Shown here: positions 1 through 7,802 of the stretch, one piece after another
Layout of the letters: each line of letters begins with the position of its first letter
Position numbering within the stretch: position 1 is the first letter of the stretch
Source of the DNA: Thainema sp.
Lineage (GTDB): Bacteria; Cyanobacteriota; Cyanobacteriia; Phormidesmidales; Phormidesmidaceae
DNA: 10,116 nucleotides
Direction: 5' to 3'
Assembly (NCBI GenBank): GCA_052168235.1
Contig: JBQLZK010000120.1
Location: forward strand, 1 to 10,116
Notes under the pieces: model-generated
What the model saw: only the letters and a program-made list of their open reading frames with translations
Database searches by the model: none
Told to the model about the DNA's origin: nothing
Program-made: the position numbers and the translations under genes

Positions 1-30
1 TCTCAAATGAGACACCCTTGTCCCAAAACC

Positions 31-234
31 TCAATTAATCGAGGTTCCCTTAACTTGAAAATATATAATAGATAATATAAATGGAAAGGATAATGTAAGT
101 AACGTGGGAAGCAAGATATTGTTCTCATCTTTTACTTTTGGAATTTTTTCTAGCAACCTGGCATTTTTAGCTAGGTAGAGTGCAGGAACAACAAACCCTG
201 TAGCCGCAACTAAATAAACTTCATCTAATTCCAT
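31..234 (-). CDS. Small hypothetical membrane protein (67 aa, two hydrophobic segments)
   Basis: ATG start with GGAG 5 nt upstream (minus strand ...ATCGGAGAATAGATG). Hydrophobic stretches VYLVAATGFVVPALYLA and ILLPTLLTLSFPFILSIIYF. AT-rich, no recognisable family. Confidence 0.55.
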   Translation of the reverse strand: MELDEVYLVAATGFVVPALYLAKNARLLEKIPKVKDENNILLPTLLTLSFPFILSIIYFQVKGTSIN

Positions 235-470
235 CTATTCTCCGATAACCCTGAACTACTCTACAGAAAGAATTCTAAGGCGATATACAGCGTTCTACGA
301 AATTTGAGATAAGTGCTTCACACTTAATATTTCTTTAGACGCAACCCATCAGACAGAGATTTGCAATGTAGCCTCACAAAGGCTCTGAGTTACTTCGGTG
401 GGCAGAGTTGGGTGCATTTCTGCCGCATCTATAATCGCATACATCGTTTCTTATAATCTTTGTAACACGT

Positions 471-1196
471 ATGCCTGATATCAGTGAACAAGCCTTAAAC
501 GAGGTAACTAAACTGGGTATTGAATCTCAACTAGATGAAGTTGAAAATCTAACGGTTGATATTCATACTGATCCTGGAAAACTTATCCAGGGCAATGTTG
601 AATCAGTGGAAATCGCTGGTGAAGGGCTAGTGATGAAAAAAGCTCTGCGGGCTGACACACTGATTATCAAAACCAACGATATTAAAATCAACCCCCTTAA
701 AGCCGTCGCTGGTGATATCGAACTTGAGCAGACTGTGAATGCAGATACTGGTGTTGTCTTAACCGAAGAAGACATCAGCAAAGCCTTCAACTCTGACTAT
801 ATTCAGTCCAAGCTTTCTGCTTTGACAATTACCGTAGATGGCCAGACGACGTGTATTCAACCCCAACAGATTCGATTTGAAGTTCCAGAACATAACAAAA
901 TCAGAATTCAATCTGATATTGAGCTTTTAGATCTGAATTCAACTCAACATGTTGAGATAGTTGCAACTCCTAAAATGTCGCCTGATGGACACCAAATCTT
1001 GCTAGAAGACATTCAAAATGGTGCAGAAACAGATTCACCCGAATTAGTTTCTGCACTGGTCAATGCATCGAAAGAGCTTCTAGATCTACGCAATTTTGAA
1101 CTTGATGGCATGAAGCTGAGATTTCAAAAATTGGATGTGCGACCGGGCAAAATTACTATCAAATCGCAAACAAAGATTGATAAAATGCCTAGTTAA
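471..1196 (+). CDS. DUF2993 / LmeA-family phospholipid-binding protein
   Basis: 241-aa ORF with the cyanobacterial DUF2993 pattern: SQLDEVENLTVDIHTDPGKLIQGNVESVEIAGEGLVM, INPLKAVAGDIEL, LTEEDISKAFNSDYI, LLDLRNFELDG. Confidence 0.85.
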   Translation: MPDISEQALNEVTKLGIESQLDEVENLTVDIHTDPGKLIQGNVESVEIAGEGLVMKKALRADTLIIKTNDIKINPLKAVAGDIELEQTVNADTGVVLTEEDISKAFNSDYIQSKLSALTITVDGQTTCIQPQQIRFEVPEHNKIRIQSDIELLDLNSTQHVEIVATPKMSPDGHQILLEDIQNGAETDSPELVSALVNASKELLDLRNFELDGMKLRFQKLDVRPGKITIKSQTKIDKMPS

Positions 1197-1208
1197 TTTT
1201 ACAGCCAT

Positions 1209-1400
1209 ATCAAGGTTCAGGAAACGCTTCAAAAGCGGTGCGTGTTTAGCATAGCCATATGACCCCCGCTGTCGCCGCCCCCTTAAAAAAGGGGCTATTC
1301 CAACTCTGGTTCAAAGTTCCCCCTTTTTAAGGGGGATTTAGGGGGATCTATGTAGAGTGTCACGCTAAACAAGTACCAAAAGCGTTTCCTGAATTTTGAT
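1209..1400. mobile_element. MITE-like nested inverted-repeat element carrying the cyanobacterial CCCCCTTTTTAAGGGGGATTTAGGGGGATC dispersed repeat
   Basis: Outer IR 1209-1229 ATCAAGGTTCAGGAAACGCTT vs 1380-1400 (revcomp ATCAAAATTCAGGAAACGCTT), 19/21. Second IR 1237-1250 vs 1364-1377, 12/14. Inner inverted pair CCCCCTTAAAAAAGGGG (1278-1294) / CCCCCTTTTTAAGGGGG (1319-1335). Lies between convergent genes; no ORF. Confidence 0.7.
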
Positions 1401-1441
1401 TTTCGCATTTATTTATAGGGTGATTAATTAGAAATTTCAAG

Positions 1442-1936
1442 CTAGTTTGACAAATAAGACTCAATTAAATCTTCCAGTCGATGAGCTTCCTGTCGATTAG
1501 AGCAGGTAATAGCTGGAACATGAATCGAGCTTTGATTAGATGGATTGGGTGATTTAGCTCTAAATCGAACTTCGTAATAAATGCTGCCGCCGACAGGATT
1601 AGTTGAGCATTGCTTCGTTATAACGGTTAAATTATCTAACGAACAGCGATTAAATCTTGCTCGATCTTGATTAACAGTCAACTGATTTTGATTCTTGTCA
1701 AAAATGTATTGAGTCCGAGTTTGAGATGTGATTCCTCTAAAAAGACATAAAAATCCGAGTAATCCAGATATAAAAGACCAGACAAGATTAGATCCCGCTA
1801 GAGCAACTGCTGCAATACCCAGCAGAACTAATCCGCCAATGAGATAAACTGCGATATCGACACTATGGCTGAGCCGAATCACCAGTTTTTTAGGCGTTTG
1901 CTCCAACACAACAGGATTATTGACAATAGCAGTCAT
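1442..1936 (-). CDS. Hypothetical membrane protein (two TM helices followed by a beta-rich soluble domain)
   Basis: 164-aa ORF. TM segments IAVYLIGGLVLLGIAAVALAG and LVWSFISGLLGFLCLF, then a YIFDK...LTV pattern common in small cyanobacterial membrane proteins. Confidence 0.75.
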   Translation of the reverse strand: MTAIVNNPVVLEQTPKKLVIRLSHSVDIAVYLIGGLVLLGIAAVALAGSNLVWSFISGLLGFLCLFRGITSQTRTQYIFDKNQNQLTVNQDRARFNRCSLDNLTVITKQCSTNPVGGSIYYEVRFRAKSPNPSNQSSIHVPAITCSNRQEAHRLEDLIESYLSN

Positions 1937-2057
1937 AAATGATGAATTAACTTACTTTGCAGCAGTAAGTACTACAGCACAGGTCAGGCTGATTCCGTAA
2001 ATTTGGCAACTATTGATACAATTTGATCAAAATATAACTCCCAAAAAAGGCCATTAT

Positions 2058-4778
2058 TTAGCCAAAAATATCAAGTTGCTCCGTTGGATCAGACACCTTT
2101 TGAGATTTGGATTTACCGTTTGGATTGTTTGAATTGCTGTGGCCTTTACGCAGTCCAACAGCAATTTTGCTGTGCTTTTCAATCTGCGTCATCACCTGCT
2201 TTGCTCGCTGAATTACCGAGCTAGGTAAACCCGCTAAACGTCCGGCCTCAATCCCATAGGAGCGATCGGCTCCTCCGGGTTGTACCCGATGTAAAAAGAT
2301 AATTTGATCAGGCATTTCTTTCACCGTCACCTGATAGTTAGCCACGTTTTCAAGAATAGAAGCCAGTTCATTTAGCTCATGATAGTGGGTCGCGAAAATT
2401 GTCCGCGATCGCAACTCAATGGCCAAATGTTCTGCCACGGCCCAGGCAATGGACAATCCATCAAACGTCGCCGTTCCTCGACCAATCTCATCCAGCAGCA
2501 CCAGCGACTGCGGTGTGGCATGATTCAAAATATTGGCCGTCTCATTCATCTCCACCATGAACGTAGACTGCCCTGTCGCTAGATCATCCACGGCTCCCAC
2601 ACGGGTAAAAATGCGATCGCAGATCCCCAACGTTGCCTCTCGCGCTGGCACAAAGCTGCCCACCTGCGCCATCAGCTGAATCAGCCCCACCTGCCGTAGA
2701 TAGCAACTCTTCCCGCTCGCATTTGGCCCCGTCAGGATAATTAGATCCGGCAACTCCTTACTCTGACTTCCTCGATTCCCTTTCTTCTGGTGCGTTTCGC
2801 TTTGCTCAACACACCCTACGAGACTACCCATTGCGGTTGAGTTAGGCACAAAGAATCCCGATGGCAGCGATTTTTCCACCACCGGATGTCGCCCATCTTC
2901 AATCTGAATCTCGCGCCCCTGGGTCATCACAGGCCGACAGTAGCCCTGGTAGACGGCGACCTCTGCCAGAGCAGACAGCACATCGGCAGCGGCGACCGCT
3001 TGGGCCACTGTGCGAATGATTTCCACTTGCTCCCCAACCTCAGCCCGAAGCTGGCTGAAAATCTCGTATTCCAGCTTATTAATGTCGTCCCGCAGGTGAA
3101 AAACGCGCGACTCCCGCTCCTTTAGTTCCGGCGTAATGTAGCGCTCCTCATTGGTCAGCGTCTGCTTACGAATGTAGTCCTCGGGAGCCTGATCCGCTTT
3201 GGAACGCGAGAGACTGAGGTAGTAACCAAAGGTCTTATTGAAGCCCACTTTCAGGGTGGAAATGCCCGTGCGCTGCCGCTCTGTGACCTCCAAATTGGCG
3301 ATCCACTGCTGATCATCGGCAATCTGGTGCCGCAAATGATCCAACTGCTCATTCACCCCGTCGCGGATGATGTTGCCGTCAGAAAGGGACAGCGGCGGAA
3401 ATTCAACTAAGTGAGATCGCAGTTTATGCCCCAGTTCTTCTAGACTCTGCGGCACCTGCTGTAAGCGCTTCAGGTAAGGCGACTCGGTTTCGGCTACCAG
3501 TCCGGCCAGCTCCGGCAATCGGGCAAAGGAATCCGCCATCGCCACCAGATCGCGAGCATTAGCCGTTCCTGATCCGGCCCGACCTGCTAACCGTTCTAGG
3601 TCATAAATTTGCTTCAGCAGCTTTTGCAGCATTTGGCGCAGAGCGCCCTTGGCCACTAGCTCCTGGATGGTGTCCTGGCGGGCAGTAATTCCTTTTAGAT
3701 CCAGCAGCGGCTGTAGCAGCCAGCGCCGCAAAGCCCGTCCCCCCATTGCCGTTTGGGTTTGATCCAGCGCCCAAAGTAGCGAACCGTGAAATGTGCCATC
3801 CCGACAGGTCTGAGTAATCTCCAAATTGCGGCGCGACTGGTGATCCAGCACCAGATACTGCGTTGTCGTGTAGGTAGAGAGCAAGTGCAGCGGCACCTGT
3901 CCACCTTTCTGCGTATCTTCAATATATTCCAGCAGTCCGCCAGCGGCTCGCACGGCCAAAGGTAGATGCTCGCAGCCCAGTCCCTCCAAAGATTTCAGCC
4001 GGAAGGTTTCCAATAAGCGCTGACGGGCTTCACTTTGGGTAAAGGGCGACTGCGATCGCAACGTATAGCAAAACTGATGTGGCAAGCAGTCCGGCAGATG
4101 ATCGGAACGCTCGCCGGGGCGCAGCAGTCCGGTAATATCCGGCGCATTGACCGGGACTAACACCTCGGCTGGCTGAAGCCGCATCAGCTCTTGGGTAAGC
4201 TGCTCTAGCTCTTTTGCTTGAGTGGTGAGAAATTCCCCCGTCGAAATATCGGCATAGGCCAGCCCCCAGCTATTGCCAGCGATCACGACCGCAGCCAGGA
4301 AATTATTGCGCCGCGCCGACAGCATGCCTTCTTCCAGCACCGTACCGGGCGTGATCACGCGGATTACGGCTCGCTCGACCAGGCGACCCTGAGCTTCCGC
4401 TGCATCCTCAACCTGATCACAAACCGCGACCGCATAGCCCTTTTCCACCAAAATCCGACAGTAGCGATCCAGCGCATGATGCGGAATGCCCGCCATCGGC
4501 ACCCGTCCGACAGTTTTGCCACCGTCCTTACTGGTCAGTACTAGCTCTAGCTCCCGCGAAACTGCGATCGCATCTTGAAAAAAGGTCTCGAAAAAGTCGC
4601 CCACCCGATAGAGCAGCAGCGCATGAGGGTACTGATCCTTCATCTCCGCGAAGTGACTCATCATCGGCGTCAGTTCGTCGCGGTTTACTTGCCGATAGTC
4701 AGCGTAGCGAACCTCGCGTTTGACAAGCTGTTCGGGCAGACCGTAATTCGATTCAGCAGTTGGGGCAGTATCGCTCAT
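2058..4778 (-). CDS. mutS: DNA mismatch repair protein MutS
   Basis: 906 aa. LTPMM..F, mismatch-binding [42 protein letters not shown], Walker [31 protein letters not shown], Walker [32 protein letters not shown]-terminal QLDIF resembles a beta-clamp-binding motif. Confidence 0.99.
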   Translation of the reverse strand: MSDTAPTAESNYGLPEQLVKREVRYADYRQVNRDELTPMMSHFAEMKDQYPHALLLYRVGDFFETFFQDAIAVSRELELVLTSKDGGKTVGRVPMAGIPHHALDRYCRILVEKGYAVAVCDQVEDAAEAQGRLVERAVIRVITPGTVLEEGMLSARRNNFLAAVVIAGNSWGLAYADISTGEFLTTQAKELEQLTQELMRLQPAEVLVPVNAPDITGLLRPGERSDHLPDCLPHQFCYTLRSQSPFTQSEARQRLLETFRLKSLEGLGCEHLPLAVRAAGGLLEYIEDTQKGGQVPLHLLSTYTTTQYLVLDHQSRRNLEITQTCRDGTFHGSLLWALDQTQTAMGGRALRRWLLQPLLDLKGITARQDTIQELVAKGALRQMLQKLLKQIYDLERLAGRAGSGTANARDLVAMADSFARLPELAGLVAETESPYLKRLQQVPQSLEELGHKLRSHLVEFPPLSLSDGNIIRDGVNEQLDHLRHQIADDQQWIANLEVTERQRTGISTLKVGFNKTFGYYLSLSRSKADQAPEDYIRKQTLTNEERYITPELKERESRVFHLRDDINKLEYEIFSQLRAEVGEQVEIIRTVAQAVAAADVLSALAEVAVYQGYCRPVMTQGREIQIEDGRHPVVEKSLPSGFFVPNSTAMGSLVGCVEQSETHQKKGNRGSQSKELPDLIILTGPNASGKSCYLRQVGLIQLMAQVGSFVPAREATLGICDRIFTRVGAVDDLATGQSTFMVEMNETANILNHATPQSLVLLDEIGRGTATFDGLSIAWAVAEHLAIELRSRTIFATHYHELNELASILENVANYQVTVKEMPDQIIFLHRVQPGGADRSYGIEAGRLAGLPSSVIQRAKQVMTQIEKHSKIAVGLRKGHSNSNNPNGKSKSQKVSDPTEQLDIFG
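2789..2819 (-). repeat. GTAG-type REP-like hairpin inside the mutS coding sequence
   Basis: Minus strand reads GTAG-GGTGTGTT-GAGCAAAGCGA-AACGCACC: GTAG tetranucleotide followed by an 8-bp stem with one T:G pair. Translated as [10 protein letters not shown] in a variable loop before the Walker A region. Confidence 0.75.
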
Positions 4779-4836
4779 TGATGGCTTCAGGCAGGCACCT
4801 ATACGATAGTTATTCTTTAGTCCTCAAAAACCGATA

Positions 4837-4865
4837 ATTTGGGGTTGGGTGGTCCAACCCCAAAT
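4837..4865. repeat. Perfect 12-bp inverted repeat upstream of mutS (possible terminator or regulatory hairpin)
   Basis: ATTTGGGGTTGG-GTGGT-CCAACCCCAAAT. On the minus strand it is followed by TATCGGTTTTT. Confidence 0.65.
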
Positions 4866-4948
4866 CACCAATTCTTCACCTATGGTACGAGGCAGAACGT
4901 TGTCTGTGGTGGATGTAACGGGGATTTTCAGATTTAGGCTGTTCGCTT

Positions 4949-5041
4949 TACAACATTTCCTAAGCTGGCGAGGTATATTCACACCTTCAACAAGGGGCTT
5001 AAGCCCCTTGCCTGCACCGCACTAGGCTGAAAAACGCTATA
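4949..5041. mobile_element. Degenerate 93-bp MITE-like element with a central 20-bp palindrome
   Basis: Perfect palindrome CAAGGGGCTTAAGCCCCTTG at 4991-5010, flanked by decayed 29-bp terminal IRs 4949-4977 / 5013-5041 (16/29 identical; 11 of 13 differences are transitions). Confidence 0.55.
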
Positions 5042-5057
5042 GCAGGTCAAAATTCAG

Positions 5058-5552
5058 CTACCAGCCCCAGCTACCAGCGCCACCTTTAAAGGGGCCGACA
5101 ATGTCAGACGTAATCCAGCCGCCGTAGAAATCGCCCGCTTGAGACTGCACTTGCTCACCATTGACGTAGCAGGCGTCCATCCGACTCGGGTACACGGCGA
5201 TGTAGTCCTTGATGTCCGCAAACTGTGGCGAGGGTGACGGGTAGTACCAGGCCGCATTTTCCGCCCGCTTATCCCCCACTTCAATCGTGTAGTAGCTGGC
5301 GGCTCCCTTCCATTCGCAGAACGTGGAGCGCGGAGTGGGCTTGAAATACTCCATTTGCACATCTTCCGGCGGCAGATAATATACCGGCGGATGACTGGTT
5401 TCGAGTACCCGCTTGGCGCGTCGCGTATCTGCGATCGCAACTCCATTAAATTCAACCCGAATGTGCTTATTGGAATCTTCTAAACGGGGCGGACGGGGAT
5501 AATCCCAAACCGACTCTTGACCGGGGCCAGGTTCAATCCGAGCAGGATGCAT
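5058..5552 (-). CDS. DUF427 domain protein (NTP_transf_9 family)
   Basis: Hallmark motifs ESVWDYPRPP, VLETSHPPVYYLP, TFCEWKGAASYY, AAWYYPSP, GDFYGGWITSDIVGPFKG..GS.GW. Confidence 0.95.
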   Translation of the reverse strand: MHPARIEPGPGQESVWDYPRPPRLEDSNKHIRVEFNGVAIADTRRAKRVLETSHPPVYYLPPEDVQMEYFKPTPRSTFCEWKGAASYYTIEVGDKRAENAAWYYPSPSPQFADIKDYIAVYPSRMDACYVNGEQVQSQAGDFYGGWITSDIVGPFKGGAGSWGW

Positions 5553-5686
5553 AGCTGATTTTATATTCGTAACGCTTCAGTACCCTATCTTAAAACTTGT
5601 CCCCAGGCTTCGCTTGCATGAAATTGGTCTGAGCCTGCATTTTGACCGCCTGCTGAACTCCAGATTGCAACTACAACAACCAAAGT

Positions 5687-5728
5687 AACCGTTAACCATC
5701 AATCATCAACCATCAACAACGAACAATC
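5687..5728 (+). repeat. Degenerate heptamer tandem repeat (STRR-like), 6 units
   Basis: AACCGTT AACCATC AATCATC AACCATC AACAACG AACAATC. Confidence 0.7.
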
Positions 5729-5745
5729 CAGACACACAAACAAAG

Positions 5746-5808
5746 CTTCCTTTTCCTCTACTCCCTCTCTCCCCTTCTCCCTTTCCCCCCTGCCCTTCTC
5801 CCTCACCC
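5746..5808. repeat. Polypyrimidine tract with approximately 7-bp periodicity (STRR-like)
   Basis: CTTCCTTTTCCTCTACTCCCTCTCTCCCCTTCTCCCTTTCCCCCCTGCCCTTCTCCCTCACCC: only three purines in 63 nt. Units such as CCTTCTC/CCTTTCC/CCCCTGC/CCTTCTC/CCTCACC. Confidence 0.7.
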
Positions 5809-5875
5809 AAAAACGCAGACATCAACCATCCAGTCCCACCAAAGATTGAGCTAGCATAAACACTAGCCGAGATTA

Positions 5876-7285
5876 ATGATTATGGTGGACTCTCCGGACT
5901 ACTATCAGGTTCTGCAACTCAGACGCCACGCCACGCCGACGGAAATCCGTCGGGCGTTTCATCGGTTAGCGCGTCAGTATCATCCCGACCTACATCCCGA
6001 TAATCCCAATTCAGAAGCCAAGTTCAAGCAAATTTGTGAAGCCTATGAAGTGCTGAGCGATCCAGCCCGTCGCCAACAGTACGACCAGCGGTATGGCCCA
6101 CAGGCAAGGTCAGCATCTCCTAATATATCGGCCAAGGCAGCGGAGAGCGATCGCAACCCCGTCCATCGTCGCTATCGCCAGTGCCTCGATAAGGTGGCCG
6201 AGCATGACTATCAAACGGCGCTGCAAAGCTTGAGTGAACTGATCGAGGATGCGCCGGATTTTGTCGATGCTTACCTGACGCGCTTCCAGGTTCGCTATGA
6301 GCTGCATGACGATCGCGGCATTTTGTCCGACTTCCACCAACTGAAGCAAATTGCGCCCAATCAAGCTGAAGCGTTTTACTATCTCGGCCTAGCCCGCTAT
6401 CGGTTGGGCTACACCCAGTTTGCGATCGAAGCCTACAGTCAGGCAATTATTCATCATCGTCAATACGCACAAGCCTACTATCGGCGCGGGTTAGCTCATC
6501 AGGATTTGCAGGAAGACGAAGAAGCGATTCTCGATTTTCAGGCCGCTGTCACCCTTTTCAGCGCCCAGAAGAATCAGCTCAACTCTGATCTAGCGCAGGT
6601 TGCTCTCAATACGCTGCGGGCAAAATCGGCTAGCGCTTCAGCCCAATCGGGTAAGTCAGGCAAAGTAAAAGCAAAATCTCGGTTCCGCCGAGCAGCGCGC
6701 CCAGAGCCATCATCGCCGCCCGTCGTCACCAATCGCTTTCTGCAACTTCTATTCAGCAGTTGGTATACCGCTAGTCGCTATTTATTCAATCCTGGCGGTG
6801 GCTTGCTACCTGCCTATGCCCGCCTGAACTCGGCTCAGGCTCGCTGTGTCAGTCTCTTTCTAACTGCGATCGCATGTGTCAGCTTTGCCCTCAGCGTTTA
6901 TGTCGGCAGCGACTCTTCCTGGATGCTGCTGCTCCGGCTTTACCTAGTCAGTAGCGGTACGTTTCTTATCTTAGTTGCGCTCAATGGGCTAGTGCGGCTC
7001 ACAACCCGCAGCCGCATCAACAGCTCCGTTGACATTTTTATCGCGAGTACCACCATCCTGCCGCTTGGGTTACTCGCTCCGCTGGGTGCGATCGCAACTC
7101 AACTTGATTTCAGCCTGTTTTTGGTTGTTGCCGCGTTCGCTGCTTGCCTGGTGATTTTGACTCTCTACCACGGCTACACTCAAATTCTCAACCTGACTGA
7201 ACAAACCGCAACCCTTACGGTTCCCCTCGTTTTACTCTTGAGCGGTTGGGGAGCGAACTGGCTGAGCAAGCTACTGCTAGTCTGA
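5876..7285 (+). CDS. DnaJ-domain (class III J-protein) with TPR repeats and C-terminal multi-pass membrane domain
   Basis: J-domain DYYQVL...[16 protein letters not shown]...[22 protein letters not shown]. TPRs [28 protein letters not shown] and [27 protein letters not shown]. About five hydrophobic helices at the C-terminus. The start may be the second ATG at 5882. Confidence 0.92.
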   Translation: MIMVDSPDYYQVLQLRRHATPTEIRRAFHRLARQYHPDLHPDNPNSEAKFKQICEAYEVLSDPARRQQYDQRYGPQARSASPNISAKAAESDRNPVHRRYRQCLDKVAEHDYQTALQSLSELIEDAPDFVDAYLTRFQVRYELHDDRGILSDFHQLKQIAPNQAEAFYYLGLARYRLGYTQFAIEAYSQAIIHHRQYAQAYYRRGLAHQDLQEDEEAILDFQAAVTLFSAQKNQLNSDLAQVALNTLRAKSASASAQSGKSGKVKAKSRFRRAARPEPSSPPVVTNRFLQLLFSSWYTASRYLFNPGGGLLPAYARLNSAQARCVSLFLTAIACVSFALSVYVGSDSSWMLLLRLYLVSSGTFLILVALNGLVRLTTRSRINSSVDIFIASTTILPLGLLAPLGAIATQLDFSLFLVVAAFAACLVILTLYHGYTQILNLTEQTATLTVPLVLLLSGWGANWLSKLLLV

Positions 7286-7401
7286 TACATTGCGGATTAT
7301 TACGGTTTAGCCCTCAAGTTTCAAGTATCCTTAAGTTTGATGGCAGCCGCTTTGATAACTGGCCTAACCTAGAAGTGTAAGCACCCACCCGGAGAGTAAC
7401 G

Positions 7402-7593
7402 ATGGATAAGACACTGCTGTCTCTCCTCATTTTAGCGGCACTGCTCATTAGCGCATTAGTTCCGACGACTGTGGTTCACCTTGGTTCCATCGTGGCCTTG
7501 GCGCTCCTTGTGACTCGTGGCTCCTGGGCAATCTTACAAGCTTTTACTATTCGTGAACAGCGGGTTCCCGAAACCATCGATCTGTACGATTAA
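7402..7593 (+). CDS. Small hypothetical membrane protein (63 aa)
   Basis: GGAG 7 nt before the ATG (CCGGAGAGTAACGATG), two hydrophobic segments and a charged tail, with a terminator-like hairpin downstream. Confidence 0.7.
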   Translation: MDKTLLSLLILAALLISALVPTTVVHLGSIVALALLVTRGSWAILQAFTIREQRVPETIDLYD

Positions 7594-7686
7594 ATCAGTT
7601 TTTGATCACGTCTGTTTGATTAAAGTTAGGTTCTGATCGTCTGAATTACGGCTATAGATTGGATAGATTGGGCTGAATTGGGCTTC

Positions 7687-7719
7687 AAATAAGAAGGCGC
7701 ACCGCGTCTTCTTATTTTT
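7687..7719 (+). terminator. Intrinsic terminator-like hairpin
   Basis: AAATAAGAAGGCGC-ACC-GCGTCTTCTTATTT-TT: 14-bp stem with one G:U pair, running into a T-rich tail. Probably bidirectional. Confidence 0.7.
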
Positions 7720-7802
7720 CTATGAGTGAAAACCCATTGGGCAAATTGAACCAGCGCATCGACTAAACTGGTAGGCATCTCGCCTTTCATTTGCTCATCA
7801 CT

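Larger units (their letters stand above)
2405..7095. repeat. HIP1 octamers (GCGATCGC), 8 dispersed copies
   Basis: Copies read at 2405, 2613, 4052, 4564, 5431, 6147, 6866 and 7088. HIP1 is a known cyanobacterial genome hallmark. Confidence 0.9.

Noticed and set aside
563..790. 75-aa antisense ORF within DUF2993
   Set aside because: Shadow of a well-supported gene with no motifs.
2751..2825. Intein in MutS
   Set aside because: Insert is only ~25 aa and lacks intein splicing motifs.
2379..4781. Five short ORFs overlapping mutS (2379, 2886, 3695, 4218, 4575)
   Set aside because: Antisense or alternate-frame shadows with non-protein-like composition.
5054..5455. 133-aa alternate-frame ORF over DUF427
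   Set aside because: Arg/Ser-rich off-frame translation of a strongly conserved gene.
5569..5583. NtcA-like box GTA...TAC upstream of DUF427
   Set aside because: Spacer is 9 nt, not the canonical GTA-N8-TAC.
5687..5808. Possible CRISPR array
   Set aside because: Short tandem heptamers without repeat-spacer structure; no cas genes.
6110..6446. Two antisense ORFs in the DnaJ-TPR gene
   Set aside because: No motifs; entirely inside a confident CDS.
7654..7671. ATAGATTGG x2 tandem duplication
   Set aside because: Real but only two 9-bp copies; most likely slippage with no evidence of function.
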